In this document: positions 37,426 through 49,030 of the stretch, piece after piece
Layout: each line of letters opens with the position of its first letter
Position numbering within the stretch: the stretch's first letter is position 1
Source of the DNA: the human T2T-CHM13v2.0 reference genome, Homo sapiens
Reading direction: 5' to 3' (one strand)
NCBI RefSeq assembly: GCF_009914755.1
Contig: NC_060929.1
DNA length: 64,000 bases
The notes under the pieces: model-generated
Told to the model about the DNA's origin: nothing
The model's input: only the letters and a program-made list of their open reading frames with translations
The model's database searches: none
Position numbers and translations under genes: made by a program

Positions 37426-37785
37426 GGCGGTCAGCGGGGCCCGGCCCGGCCCGGCCCGGCCTCCCCGACCCGCAGCCCCGCAGCCCCGCAGCCCAGCAGC
37501 CCCAGCAGTAGCCGCGCCGCCGCCGCCGCTGCCGGGTATTTTTAGCCCCCGCCCTCCGGCCCCGCAGCTCCCGCCTCCCCGCGCCGCTGCGGAGACGGCT
37601 CAAGGGGGAGGGCGCGGCGCGCACTCGCAACCGAGCCTTACTCCCTGCCCTGCAGCCTGGCCGGCCGGGTCTGGGGCTTGCCCCGCACTGACCGCGGTGT
37701 CGGAACCGCCAAGCTCCCGGGCGGGGGAGGGGCCCGGCCGCAGAGCGAACCAGCCCTCTCCGGCCCCGCTCTCCAACGTCAGTAC

Positions 37786-37792
37786 CTGGCAT
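37786..37792 (-). CDS. ACSL6: ACSL6 alternative first exon, coding part ATG CCA G (gives MPEFVLSLLEK...)
   Basis: agaATGCCAG|gtactg; phase 1, in frame with exon 2; CATAAAA element upstream at 37917-37923. Confidence 0.7.
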
Positions 37793-38580
37793 TCTGCGGA
37801 AACCGGCTGGAAGGGGGAGCACGGGCGACGAGCGCCAGAGCGTGACATTGAGCCCACCCCGCCGCCACCCACCCCATCAACACGCGACCCTGCCCCCGCG
37901 CGACTCGCAGCCTGGGTTTTATGGCTGGGCAGGCTCGAATGGCAGCCGGGTCGCGGTTACCTGTCCTAGGAGGTGCACACTCCTGTGGGCTGTTGCCCGC
38001 TGACACCAACGCCCCCTAGGACCCGAGTTTGCAGACATGGGGAGCCTCCGGGTGCCACCTCTGCAAACCAGTGAGGGGAGGGAGTGGCAAGTGTTCACCT
38101 AGGCTCTGACAAATCAGGCAGCTAGACCAGATAGTGCCCAGATCATCTGGGGACGCACGAGTTCAGGTCTGAGGCTACGCAAGGTCACAGGAGACTCAGT
38201 GTGATCACAGGCTGCCATATGTGTTCACCAGTAGTAACATGGTCACAGGCAGCCACATGGAATCACAGGTGTCTCATGAGGAAATCATGATCTTCGTACA
38301 CAACTGTATGTGGCACACGAGGTCTCAAGAAGCCCCTCATAGCCACAATGAATGGCCATATAGCCACACACAGCCACAGATGCCCACACTGCTGGGCTGA
38401 GGGCTTGGACACCTGTTGCAGTGTCTGCCATTGAAAGGAGGAAGCCCAGTTGCACATTTTCTGAAATAATAAGGGTAGGCATCCTGGTGGGCACCCCATG
38501 AACATCTGCACCTCCAAGCAAGATCACCTCTTCCCAATGCCCTTGCTTGTTTTCCTCAAGCATGCAGAGCCCACCAGGAC

Positions 38581-38601
38581 TCCAGCACCGAGGACAGCGC
38601 T
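38581..38601 (+). promoter_or_regulatory. REST/NRSF binding element (RE1/NRSE)
   Basis: TCCAGCACCGAGGACAGCGCT versus consensus TTCAGCACCnnGGACAGCGCC; both half-sites intact with the canonical 2-nt spacer. Confidence 0.8.
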
Positions 38602-41048
38602 CAGGCAGCCGGGCCTTCTCTATACGCAGCCCTCCCAGGCCAGGAGCTGGCTGAGCCACAGCCCAGAAAGAAGAGGATAGAAAACCAGAGAGCAGAAGTC
38701 AGGAAGCAGAGAGTGGAAGAGCATGAGATCTCTTCAGGCCCACCAGAGACCATCAGCCATGAGTGCATGTGGGCTCACAGCTCAGCAGCTGGGTGTGTGG
38801 GGGGGCCTGTATCTGTAGTACGAGTACATGGCATGTGTGTGCCCAGGCCTGTGTGCACCTTGTAGTGGTGCAAGTGTGCAGATGTGTGCCTCTGAGTCAC
38901 TTCCAATCTTTACAATAGGATCCTACACCTTCTCCATCATAGGATCTGGACTCCTGGGAGAGCTGCTCCAGCTTGAACTCAGCCACAGCCTGGCAGGGAC
39001 TTTGCTGGGATCTCAAGCTTGGCAGGGCTCCTCCAAGAGGGTGTGACAGAGGCTGTGTGGCAGGACTCCTCCCAGCAAGTAACATGGCTTTGAGAATCCC
39101 CCCACCCCACCCATACACTCCCACTGGCAGCAGAGTAACTGGAGATCTGCTAGTACTGAAGAGGAGACCCAGGGGAACCAGAAGCCTGGGCAGAAAGAAC
39201 ATATCTCCCCAGACCAGATTGGTCTAGGGAGGTGGTCAGGTAATTTCCCCATAGGCCAGTGGTTCAACAGAGCATTTCTTCACAGAGCAGGGGGCCAGGA
39301 GCCAGGCTGCAAGCCTCAGGCCTCTGCGGCACTCAGCTGCAGGAGCACTCCGGGCCCTATGCGGCTCTGGCAGCCTCCTCTTCAGAGTGATGTCATGGGA
39401 CACATTTAGCTTGGCCTCCAGCAGGATGTCGCATCCCGTTACTCTCCCTACAGATGTCTCTGCTACTTGTGAATATTTTAATTCAAAAACCAGTACTGGA
39501 GCTGTGACTGATTCTAGCTTAGCCAAGTATTTTTCTGTTTTCCTCTGAGCATGGCTTGGCTTCCCCTGAGAGATGGGGACAGAAAGGCCCTAGCCTGGTT
39601 GTGGGATCATGGCCAGGTCTCTCTCCTCTCTAGGCCTGTTCCTTCCACTGAGTAATGGGACTTGTTCTTTCCTGTCCTGAGTTCCCAAGGTCTTCTTCCT
39701 TCTCTGTGAGTCTCAATCTGTGGACCATCTGCAGGCATGGGTAGACGCTGTGACTCAGGCCCTAGACTGCATGGGTGTGGCATCCATGGAACCCAGGGCC
39801 CAGAAATGCCCAGGCCAGGCTGGGGAGCCCTTGGATATCCCTCTTGGTCCTTAGCCAGCAAATCCAGCCACCTTAGCGGCCAGCCATGTTCACACATATC
39901 TCCTCCCAGACTAGCATCTCTAAGTGGGTTGGCAGGCAGGAGCCTAATCATCTATTTGCAGCCCTGGCTTGGGGTCTGGCCCAAAGAATGCAGAGGATAT
40001 TATCCCATTTGACAGAGCAGAAGACTGACGTTGGGAAAGGCGAACAACTGTCTTAGGTCACACAGCAGTTCTGGGCTCCTGACTCCCATTTATTCATTTT
40101 TCATTCATTCTCTCCTACATTTTGATAGTTTCCCAAGTTGCAAGTGTCTCCGGTAGAATCCAGAAAACTCACTTTTCCAGCTTCCTTTGCAGCTAGGAGT
40201 GGATTAGTGACTTAGACTGTACCAATGAAACACACTCTCATGAGCCTTCGATAAAAAAGCCAGAAATGAGTGAAAGAAAGTCATGCACATGGCATCTACG
40301 TTGCTGGCACAAGGGTGGTAACAGAAGCCATGGATGGTGGATGATTCTGGGAGTCATTTCAGAAACTGAAATTTGAGCCTGTTTCTTGAAGTGCCCCAAA
40401 AGTTGAGCCTTTTAGAAGTGAACATGTTCTTTAATGTACTCTTTTTCTGATTAAAACAGTCAGTCCAGACTTTGTTTAGTCAGTTTGGAGCCAAGAACTC
40501 AAACTGATCCACTCACCATCCCACTGCTGAAGGTCTTTCCTGCCCTCCAGAGGGTGTGGATATGGGGCTGGCACACAGCATGATGCATCCTCTGTCCCCA
40601 TTACTGCATCTCCTAGTGGAAGCTCTGACTGATGGGGCTGGGTGGGCTGAGCCAGGTCTTTGCTTCTCTGTATTCTGACAACCACATATTTGGAGACCTG
40701 AACCAAAAACTTGAAACTCAACAAAGAATCCACTAAGGATAACTACCCAATCTGGAGCAAAGGCTTTTAACACATGATATAATGGTTGGGGAGCTGCAAA
40801 CAATATTCAACCATGTCTTTTACTGAGTAGTGGTGTTTTTTCCCCCTCAGATTAGTAAAATTGTTCAACATAGAAATTTTGGAAAATATAGAAAAGTATA
40901 AGATAAAATCACTTGTAATTTCATCCCCCAATGAGAATGCAATAATAACTAATGCAGTTCTGTATATTTTCTAACAACAATAATAATATCCAACATTTAC
41001 ACAGGGCTTAGTATGAGCCAGACATTATTTCTAAGCACTTTACGTATG

Positions 41049-41448
41049 TGTTATGGACCGAATTGTGTCCCCCACATCCCAATTCATATATGGAAGCTCT
41101 AACCTTCAATGTGACTGTATTTAGAGACAGGGTCTTTAAGGTAAGTAAGGATAAATGAGGTCATAAGGGTGGAGCACTAATCCAATAGGACTAGTGTCCT
41201 TATAAGAAGAGTAACATCAGGAATAAAGACCTGAACTTTATTGCGAGAAAGTTTATTGTGATAACTTTATTGCAGAGAGAAGGCAGTCATCTTTAAGACA
41301 AGGAGAGGTCTTGCAGACCAGACACCAACTCTACCATCACCTTGACCTTGGATTTCCAGCCTCCAGAATCATAAGTAAATAAAATTCTGTTGTTTAAGCT
41401 ACCAAGTTTGTGGTATTTTTGTTATGGCAGCTCCAGCAGCCTAATACA
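41049..41448 (+). mobile_element. MaLR solo LTR (MLT1A-like) nested in a MIR
   Basis: TGTTATGGACCGAATTGTGTCCCC...TTGTTATGGCAGC...CTAATACA; 5-bp TSD (g/a)TATG; MIR halves at about 40975-41048 and 41449-41485. Confidence 0.8.
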
Positions 41449-41576
41449 ATATGCTAACTTGTTTAATCTTTACATCAACCCTGTCTTTTCCCCATGTGTA
41501 GTGCAGTTCAAGAAATACTTGTTGAATGAATAAATGAATGATGGATATTGTTTATTCAGTATCTTATGTTGCCCCC

Positions 41577-41849
41577 TTTTTTTTTTTGGAGAGTGCAGTG
41601 GCATGATCTCGGCTCACTGCAACCTCTGAACCTCTGCCTCCTGGGTTCAAGCGATTTTCCTGCCTCAGCCTCCCGAGTAGCTGGGATTACAAGCGCCTGC
41701 CTCCACCCCCAGCTAATTTTTGTATTTTTAGTAGAGACGGGGTTTTGCCAAGTTGGCCAGACTGGTCTCAAACTCCTGACCTCAGGTGATCTGCCCACCT
41801 CGGCCTCCGGAAGTACTGGGATTACAGGCATGAGCCACCATGCCTGGCC
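41577..41849 (-). mobile_element. AluSx-like with a deletion near its 3' end
   Basis: Antisense Alu; TSD CTTATG(T/C)TGC. Confidence 0.9.
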
Positions 41850-44800
41850 CTTATGCTGCTTTTTAAAAACCTAACATGAGTTTTTTTCCCATGTTATTAC
41901 CTCTTTGCATTTTAAATAATGAATACATGAGAGCCATTCACGCATTCATTCATCTAACAAGTATATGCTGAGTCCCCACTATGTGCAAGGCATTGTTCTA
42001 GGTCCTGAGGATGTAGCAGTAAACAAACAAAAGGTCCCTGCCTGCATGGAGAGCACTTGCCCTGTGGAAATGCCATTGTCCATCTGTCAGGCATGAATTA
42101 ACCCCGCTTATTTGGGAGGGTTTCTTCTAATTGAAAATTCTCTGTTGATCCAACCAGACAGACAAAACCAATGAGATTCGTTTTAAAAAAAAAATGCCAA
42201 TTAAATAACTGAAGGGCTTCTGGGATTTCCCCAGAGCTATGGAAAGGCAAAGATAGAGCTCTTAGAAGTTGTCCTGAGTCCACTGGGCTGGAAGTTAGCA
42301 ATCGTCAACTGGCTGGGAGTTAGCACTGGCACCTCCAGGTTCCTGAGGGGATGCCTGTGCATATGTCTCCCACTCACACGAGGTCAGAATTGAATGGGAA
42401 ACAAACTACATTTTAAAGACTGAAAATGAATCCAACTTGAAGAAAATATAGATTAATGTTTACACCATCTGGGGATGGGGAAGGTCTTTTTATGCACAAC
42501 AGAGAAGGCAGAAACCACAAAGGAAAAGACTGGTAGATTTGAAGGTCTGAATACATGCAAATTTTAAATGTTTAGTTGTTAAAAAACACCATTACAAAAA
42601 TCTAAAGAATCAATAGATAACTTGCAAAAATATTTATGCCACAGGCAACAGAGGGTATGACATGTAATCCAAATCAATAAGAAAAAGACAAAAGAGCAAA
42701 AGCCATAGACAGGCAATTCAAGAAAGAAATGCTGTCCTTCTCAGCCGAACTGCCCACCCAGGCGAAATGTGAAGCTGTTGCCTGTATGTTTTGTCTCCCT
42801 CCTCCAGAGACTATGGTGGCATCGCAGGGTGCTGATCCCTGTGATAGGAGAGATGACCAGCATTCCATAAGCCCCATCTCATCCATCTGGAACCCCCTCA
42901 CCCACCCCAATCACTTTTCTCTTCACTAAGAATCCAGACCCTTTTCCCCAGTGGCCACCTAAGCAACTCAAGCCCACCAACCAGGCCAGATGATTTTAAA
43001 CAATAAAAGCAGGATAGAGATGTTAAGAAACTGTGTATCTGAGGGTCTGACATCCTGAGAGCCCTTTCTGGGGGGTGGGGGTGTTTGGTAAGGAGTAATA
43101 TAAACCTCAAAAAATTCTTACCTTTGGACTATCAATGGTGGGTTGCTCAGGAATTAATACAAAGTGTGTGTATGTGGTGAGGGGGGTGGGAATCAGGAAT
43201 TATTTGTTCAAAAGGATTGTCATTGCAATATTATTTACGGTAGTGCCAAGTTGGAAGCTACCCTAATGCCCAATCACAAGGTTGGAAACATTTTTGGATA
43301 TCTATAGGATGGCATATGCTTTGCTACCCACAAAAACGATGATGCAGGAGACTGCACAATGACACAGAGAGATGTTCATGGCATGCGGCCAATTGAAAAA
43401 TGCAGGTTATAAAACAGTATAGTCAGCATTATTCAAATGATGTTTAGAAGCAGTTATATATTCACGGAAAAAATAGAAGAAAGGTTAATAGTAGTTATCA
43501 GTGAGTGATGAGATAATAAGGCTTTTTTCTTCTTTAAATTTATCTGTATTTTCCAAATTTTCTACAATGAATAAACATTTTTGTAACAAGGAAAAATCTA
43601 TTATAAGAAGAAGCCATTTCCGGTGTCTCTTGGTTCAGTGAGGGCTGGGGTGCTGGAGAAGGGGAAGCAGGTCATGGGAAGATAATTAGGGAAATCAGAG
43701 TGACGCCCCCTCCCACATTGCCTGAGAGCAGGGTACGAGCAGAGAGTTCCTCCTCCCGGGACCTGTCACCTTCTGACCCTGCAGTCTTTTGGCACCTGCC
43801 CCAGGTCCCCCTTTCTCTTGCGGCCGTTAGAAAACCACAGTGAGCTGGGGCTGGAGAGAGAGAGAGAACAGGGCTGGAGGTGGCCATGAGGACTTTCAGG
43901 GTAGCTCCTTTAAGCCTGGGAAGACAGTACAGAGGGAGAGAAGAGGGAAGAGTCAGAGGCTTTTAGAGGTGGTGGAAGGAGGAACTCCAGGAGGCGGCCA
44001 GGTGCCAGGAAGTCAAAAAAGAGAATTTCCAGAAGAGGATGGTGCATTCTCTGGAGGCAGGCAGAATGTGTCCTGCTCACAGAGCTTATTACAGGGAACC
44101 AAGACTTCAACACCTAAGACACTGGACCCTGCCCATTTGCACCCAGACCCATGGAAAACAAAACCTGTCCTTTGGGAGGACACCCTCAGGTCCAGGAGAG
44201 TAACAGGAAGGTGGAGAAAAAAGTCACTAGAAATCTGCTGGAGGGCACCAGAAAGGTGCAGAAGGGGCCTGACGATAGAAACAACCCCAAGAACCAGTGG
44301 CAGACCACCCAGAAAGGCCAGCAGGGCGGGGGTCTGAGAAGCCATCGGAGCCAGCTGTCCTGTCCTCCCTAATTCCACAGAGGCCCAAGGTGGGGCAGGA
44401 AACTGCCCCAGGCCACACAGAAAATTAAGACTAAGACCAGACCAAATCATGGATTTCTAACTCCCTCCCCAATGCACCATTCATTATTCCCTAGGGAGAA
44501 TGTTTAAAATGTTGAAAACTTAAATAATTCCTGCACATAAATTATTTAAAACTATATAAAAACATTATTTGTCATCCAGTTCAATTTATGAGGTAAATAT
44601 AGACACAATTCCAAGACTTGATGTGACATCAAATTTTTTGAACTAAAAATAGACCAATATTGAATAGAAATACACGCACCATAATCCTAAATGAAATTTT
44701 GACAGATGGATTAACTATATAAATAGAAATTCCATGAAAATAAAACAGCATCTCTCTCCAAGGTGCCAGGTTGATATGGAACAAGCAGCCAGGGGCAGAA

Positions 44801-45515
44801 CCCACAGACTTGTTGAGCATCATCCAAGCGCAACTGCATGATGAACTCACATTCTACCCCTAGCCACGCTAAAATATAAGGATGCTAGGATTATCTCTGC
44901 AGCAGCTTCTTTAGAGAATGCCTGCTTTCACTATGCCCTTCATTCCATCCATAAATTTATGATAGCAGCTGCCTTGGTCACAGAAGTGTGACCCTGTTCA
45001 CTGGTCACCTATGAAACATCCAGGTGACCAATAACTAATTGGTCCAATAACTAGCTGGACCCATCAGAGTTCTTCCCTGGGAACTCTGAATTGGGACTTT
45101 AGTCCTTTTCTGCAGAGAGTATTTATCTGCAGAAAACATGACAAGTGAAGCAAATATGCCCAGAGAAGCAGAGATGAAAAACAGAGGAATGCATTGCTAG
45201 ATTCTCTATAGGGCAGATGACAGGTGGGGAAATCAGTGCAAAAAATCAGACTAGAAGAGGGCTCAAAACCAACTATGCTGCATCTCAAAGCCCAGGTAGA
45301 GGTTTTCAGCCAGTCCTGAATGGAGTCTGACCTTTCAGTGGCCCTCATTTCCCACTGTGCCTGCAACTCTGATTCTAGTCAGCCCTGGAAGCCCAGCTGC
45401 ACTCCTGCATTTGGAACATGTGAGATACTTCTGGTGACAGACTAATCAATCTCAATTCCCTTTTAGCTGGCTTGAGTAGGTTACAGTGCTTGTGGTCACT
45501 TGCACTGACTAACAC

Positions 45516-45640
45516 CTCATTTTACAGATGAGGAAACTGAGGCTTAGAGAGCTGACATAGCTTGCCCAAGGTCTCACAGCTGGCCTGAGATTTGAACCCA
45601 AAGCCATCCAAATTCCAAGCCTGTGTTCTTTCCATTATAC
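45516..45640 (-). mobile_element. MIR (similar fragments near 10800, 18800, 21690, 23150, 25080, 33450, 36250, 36450 and 40000)
   Basis: CATTTTACAGATGAGGAAACTGAGGCTTAGAGAG...CTTGCCCAAGGTCTCACAGC. Confidence 0.8.
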
Positions 45641-47079
45641 CTATTAATAGGAAAACTGGCAAAGATCATACAAAGAGGAATTCACAACAATTCAACATCT
45701 TTTCTCAATAAAATCTATTAAAATTAGAAATAGAGAATTTCTTATGTGGAAAAGGAAACGCAAGAATTAATTTCTTGGGAAGAGGCAAACTGAATTCAGG
45801 AGGCACTCTGTTTCATAGTAGGAAAACATTGCAAGTGTAACCCCAGAAACCTTAGTAACTGGAGCCTTTGCTCTCATCACTGAAGCTACTACAGCCTTGC
45901 TGTGGTTGTGTAGGGGCAAACCCCAGAGGGAAAGAAACAGAAGATCTCCTGCTTTTGTAGAAATACCAGAGCCAACCATGAGCTCTCAGTGATGACACAA
46001 CAGCAGGGAATCCACCCAAAATACCAGCACATCCTACACTCCAACCTCTCTCAAAATAATTTCCAAAAAGAAAAGGTGAAATCTGTACAATGAAAACTCC
46101 CAAACAAGGAAAACGTAATGGCATGTAAGACACTTAGGACAGACACACTGAGCCAAGTGTGCAATGAAGAAAGGACAGTTTCACAAAGTGAATTCCCCGA
46201 AACTGTGAGGTGAGGAGTAAGGGAGGTGACTTGGCCACAAACACCTGTGAAAAGTCAGATCGAAACCCACAGGGCCACCCTTTCCTGACACTACGTCACC
46301 TCCTACACTCAGCATGCACATGGTATCTCGCTCAGCCTTCTGGCAATCCAGAGACACTCAATAAAGGCATTCACTAAAATTTTGTGCTGTAGAATTTCAG
46401 AATGAAAGAGAAGTCCTTGAGCAGGTGTAAACACCAGTAGGGCCTGTTCTGGTGGAGAGTCAGAAAATAATTCACCCTGGGGCAGTACTTTTTGTGCCAG
46501 AGTCAGCATGTGCATTTTGTGCCCTTGGTTTCCTCAGCAGGGCAGGGGCAGACAGTGGCTCTTGAAGGAAGAGGAGCATTGGCAGACAGGTCCGTACTCA
46601 CCCTGCACCTCCCTCCAGGCACCTCTGTTCCTGCCAGCCCCCTTCTATGCAGATTCAGCCCCTCTTCCTCCATGGGCCATTCTTCTATTCCCATCACCAT
46701 GCTCCTCAAGGGTGGGTCCTCCCTGCCCAAGCATAAAGTCCAGGTCCTCCAGCCAGCCCAAGCATCCAAGGCCTGGTCCTGCTGAACCTCCTGCCATATT
46801 AACCACTACTCCCTCCATGTGCTTTCTGCTTCCCCTAACTGATTTGCTCCTACCAGGGGACCTATTTCCACAGTTCCCTGGCTGGGTATCCCTCCTGACT
46901 CAACCTGGACAAGTCTATGCCTCCATACAAGACTCCTCTTTCCAAGATAAGCATCAATGAGCTCACTGGGGGAAGATCGCACTCCTCTGAGGACAGCAGC
47001 CCACACTGCTTTGTACTTCCGCTTTGGATTACTCAAATTTAGCTCTGCGTCTATATGTGGATGGAAGAGAGAACGAGAA

Positions 47080-48230
47080 AAGACCTAAAGTGAGTGCCTG
47101 GAGGGCAGAAACTTCAACGGAAGCAATTAAAAAGCTTTGTACATAAGAGGAGTATTTATGAGGTGGTTGAATATTTATTGCATATGAAAAGAAACAGAAA
47201 AATAACAGGAAAAATGTTTCATTCAAAAAGCAACAAAAAATAGAAAATAACTGGGAATACACTTAAGATGTGTGCAGGACCTAGATGAAGAGCAATATAA
47301 AACTTTATAGAAGGACACAAATGCACGAAGAGGTAAACTATTTTCTTGGATTAAAATACTAAATGTTATGAAGATGTTAATTCTTCCCAAACTTATGTTT
47401 ATATTTAATGTAATCTCATTTTTAAACTTAACAATGTGAATCTAAATATCATTTGAAAATTGTACATGTACAATGCTTGCCAAGAAACATTTGTGAAAGG
47501 AGAATAATACTAAGCATTAAAATACCATATTAAGTAAGTACAATGTATAACACAAAAATAAAATCTGTGATACAAGTACGAAAATGGATAGATCAATTGA
47601 TTAGAAAGCCCAAATATTAAAAAAAAAACCATATAAAATTAAAAAAATTTCAACTCGAAAATATGTATTATATGAGGAGCTCTTTATAAATCAATTAGGA
47701 AAAACACACCCCAAAAGAAGCTGACTAAGCAATTCAGAAAATAAAAAATACAAATCACTAGTAAATATCTGTCAATCCCAAAAGTAATCAAAGAAAAAGC
47801 CAATAAAAATAAAAATAATGTACATCTTTCCTGTCAGTTATCAGAGTTTAAAGCATGATAATAGATTCTATTGGAAAGGGTTAAGGACAGGGGTTTAAAT
47901 CACCCTTTTGGGGAGGGAAGGCAATTTGGCAAAATACGTAGAAAATTTTAGTAAACATGGTAAACCCAGCAAGTCCCCCTCTAGGAATTTATCTTAAGGA
48001 AATATGTACAAAAAATAGCTATATATGAAGATGTTCACCACGATGTTACTGATAATATAACACGTTTGAAGCAACTTTAATATCTAACAATGGTGGATTA
48101 GAGAAATAAATTATTGCATACCCATAGGACAAATACTATGTAGCCAGTAAAAATAATGGCATATGAGAATGGGAAATAATGCCAGAAGATGGCTGCACTG
48201 CATTAAATTAAAATGGGTTACAAAATCCAT
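47080..48230 (+). mobile_element. L1M/L1ME ORF2 to 3' remnant
   Basis: AT-rich; CTAGGAATTTATCTTAAGG...AAGATGTTCACC...AAATAAATTATTG...AAATACTATGTAGCC. Confidence 0.7.
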
Positions 48231-48739
48231 TCTTCCAACAAATATTTATTGAGTACCTACTATGTACTAGGAAACAGCAGTGAACAAAGAAGATAAAACC
48301 CCTGTTCTCATGGAGCCTACATTCCATTATGAAATTTATAAACTGGAATGGAAGGTATGGCTCCAATTAACAAAAAGAAGATGTGATTGGAAGGGAGGCA
48401 GGAAAGACACAGACTGATGTGTCAGAAGTAAATAATGACCTCTGAGCTGGATCGAGGGTGGTTTTTGTACTCTTTTTGGTGCTTTTCTGAGTTCTCCAAA
48501 CTTTCTATAATGAACATATATCACATTTATAGTCAGAAAGAAAAATGAAGTTATATTTTTAAAAAGGAATGCAAATTAAGACATACGTAATAATCAGGTT
48601 TTCAAAATCAGAGGGTTTGTTTTTCTCTAAATGCATTTCCCACCGCTGCAGAGAAGACAGGCTGGATGGGGCTCAGGAGTTGGCTGCTCTGGGAATGGAG
48701 GTGAGGGGGCTCTGGGGAAGGGACATCTCAGCAGCAGAG

Positions 48740-49030
48740 GTGGGTGTGGGATCCAGATAACACAGGATGAGAGGTGGGAGGAAAGAAAGTTCAGGCAAAG
48801 GAACATCTTGCAGGTCTTTCTCAAACAACCTCCCCCACAAAATCATATTGATCCTGATTACAGCGTCTTTCCCATGAGTCAGTGTCATCTCATCCCCAGG
48901 CATGGCTGAGGCCCAGGCTTCCCTTGAGCAGCTGGGACAGACAGGTTGCCCACTGGCTTGACTCAGTCCTTCCTAACCTAGCCTTTTTGATTGTTTTTTT
49001 TTCTGAGCCTCTGCTGACTTTTTGGAAATT
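48740..49030. promoter_or_regulatory. Candidate inducible haematopoietic enhancer (AP-1 x2, NFAT-like, GATA, ETS)
   Basis: AGATAA at 48755, GAGGAA at 48778, TTTCCC next to TGAGTCA at 48868-48881, TGACTCA at 48959, TGGAAA at 49023. Confidence 0.45.

Larger units (their letters stand above)
36900..38050. promoter_or_regulatory. CpG island and ACSL6 promoter/first exons
   Basis: Very GC- and CpG-dense; GC boxes; (GCC)n and (GCAGCCCC)n runs; three minus-strand donors (37376, 37785, 37960); CAAGGTCA nuclear-receptor half site just upstream at 38180-38187. Confidence 0.9.

Noticed and set aside
37373-37969. 149-181 aa Pro/Arg/Gly-rich ORFs on both strands
   Set aside because: Stop-codon depletion in the CpG island; low-complexity translations.
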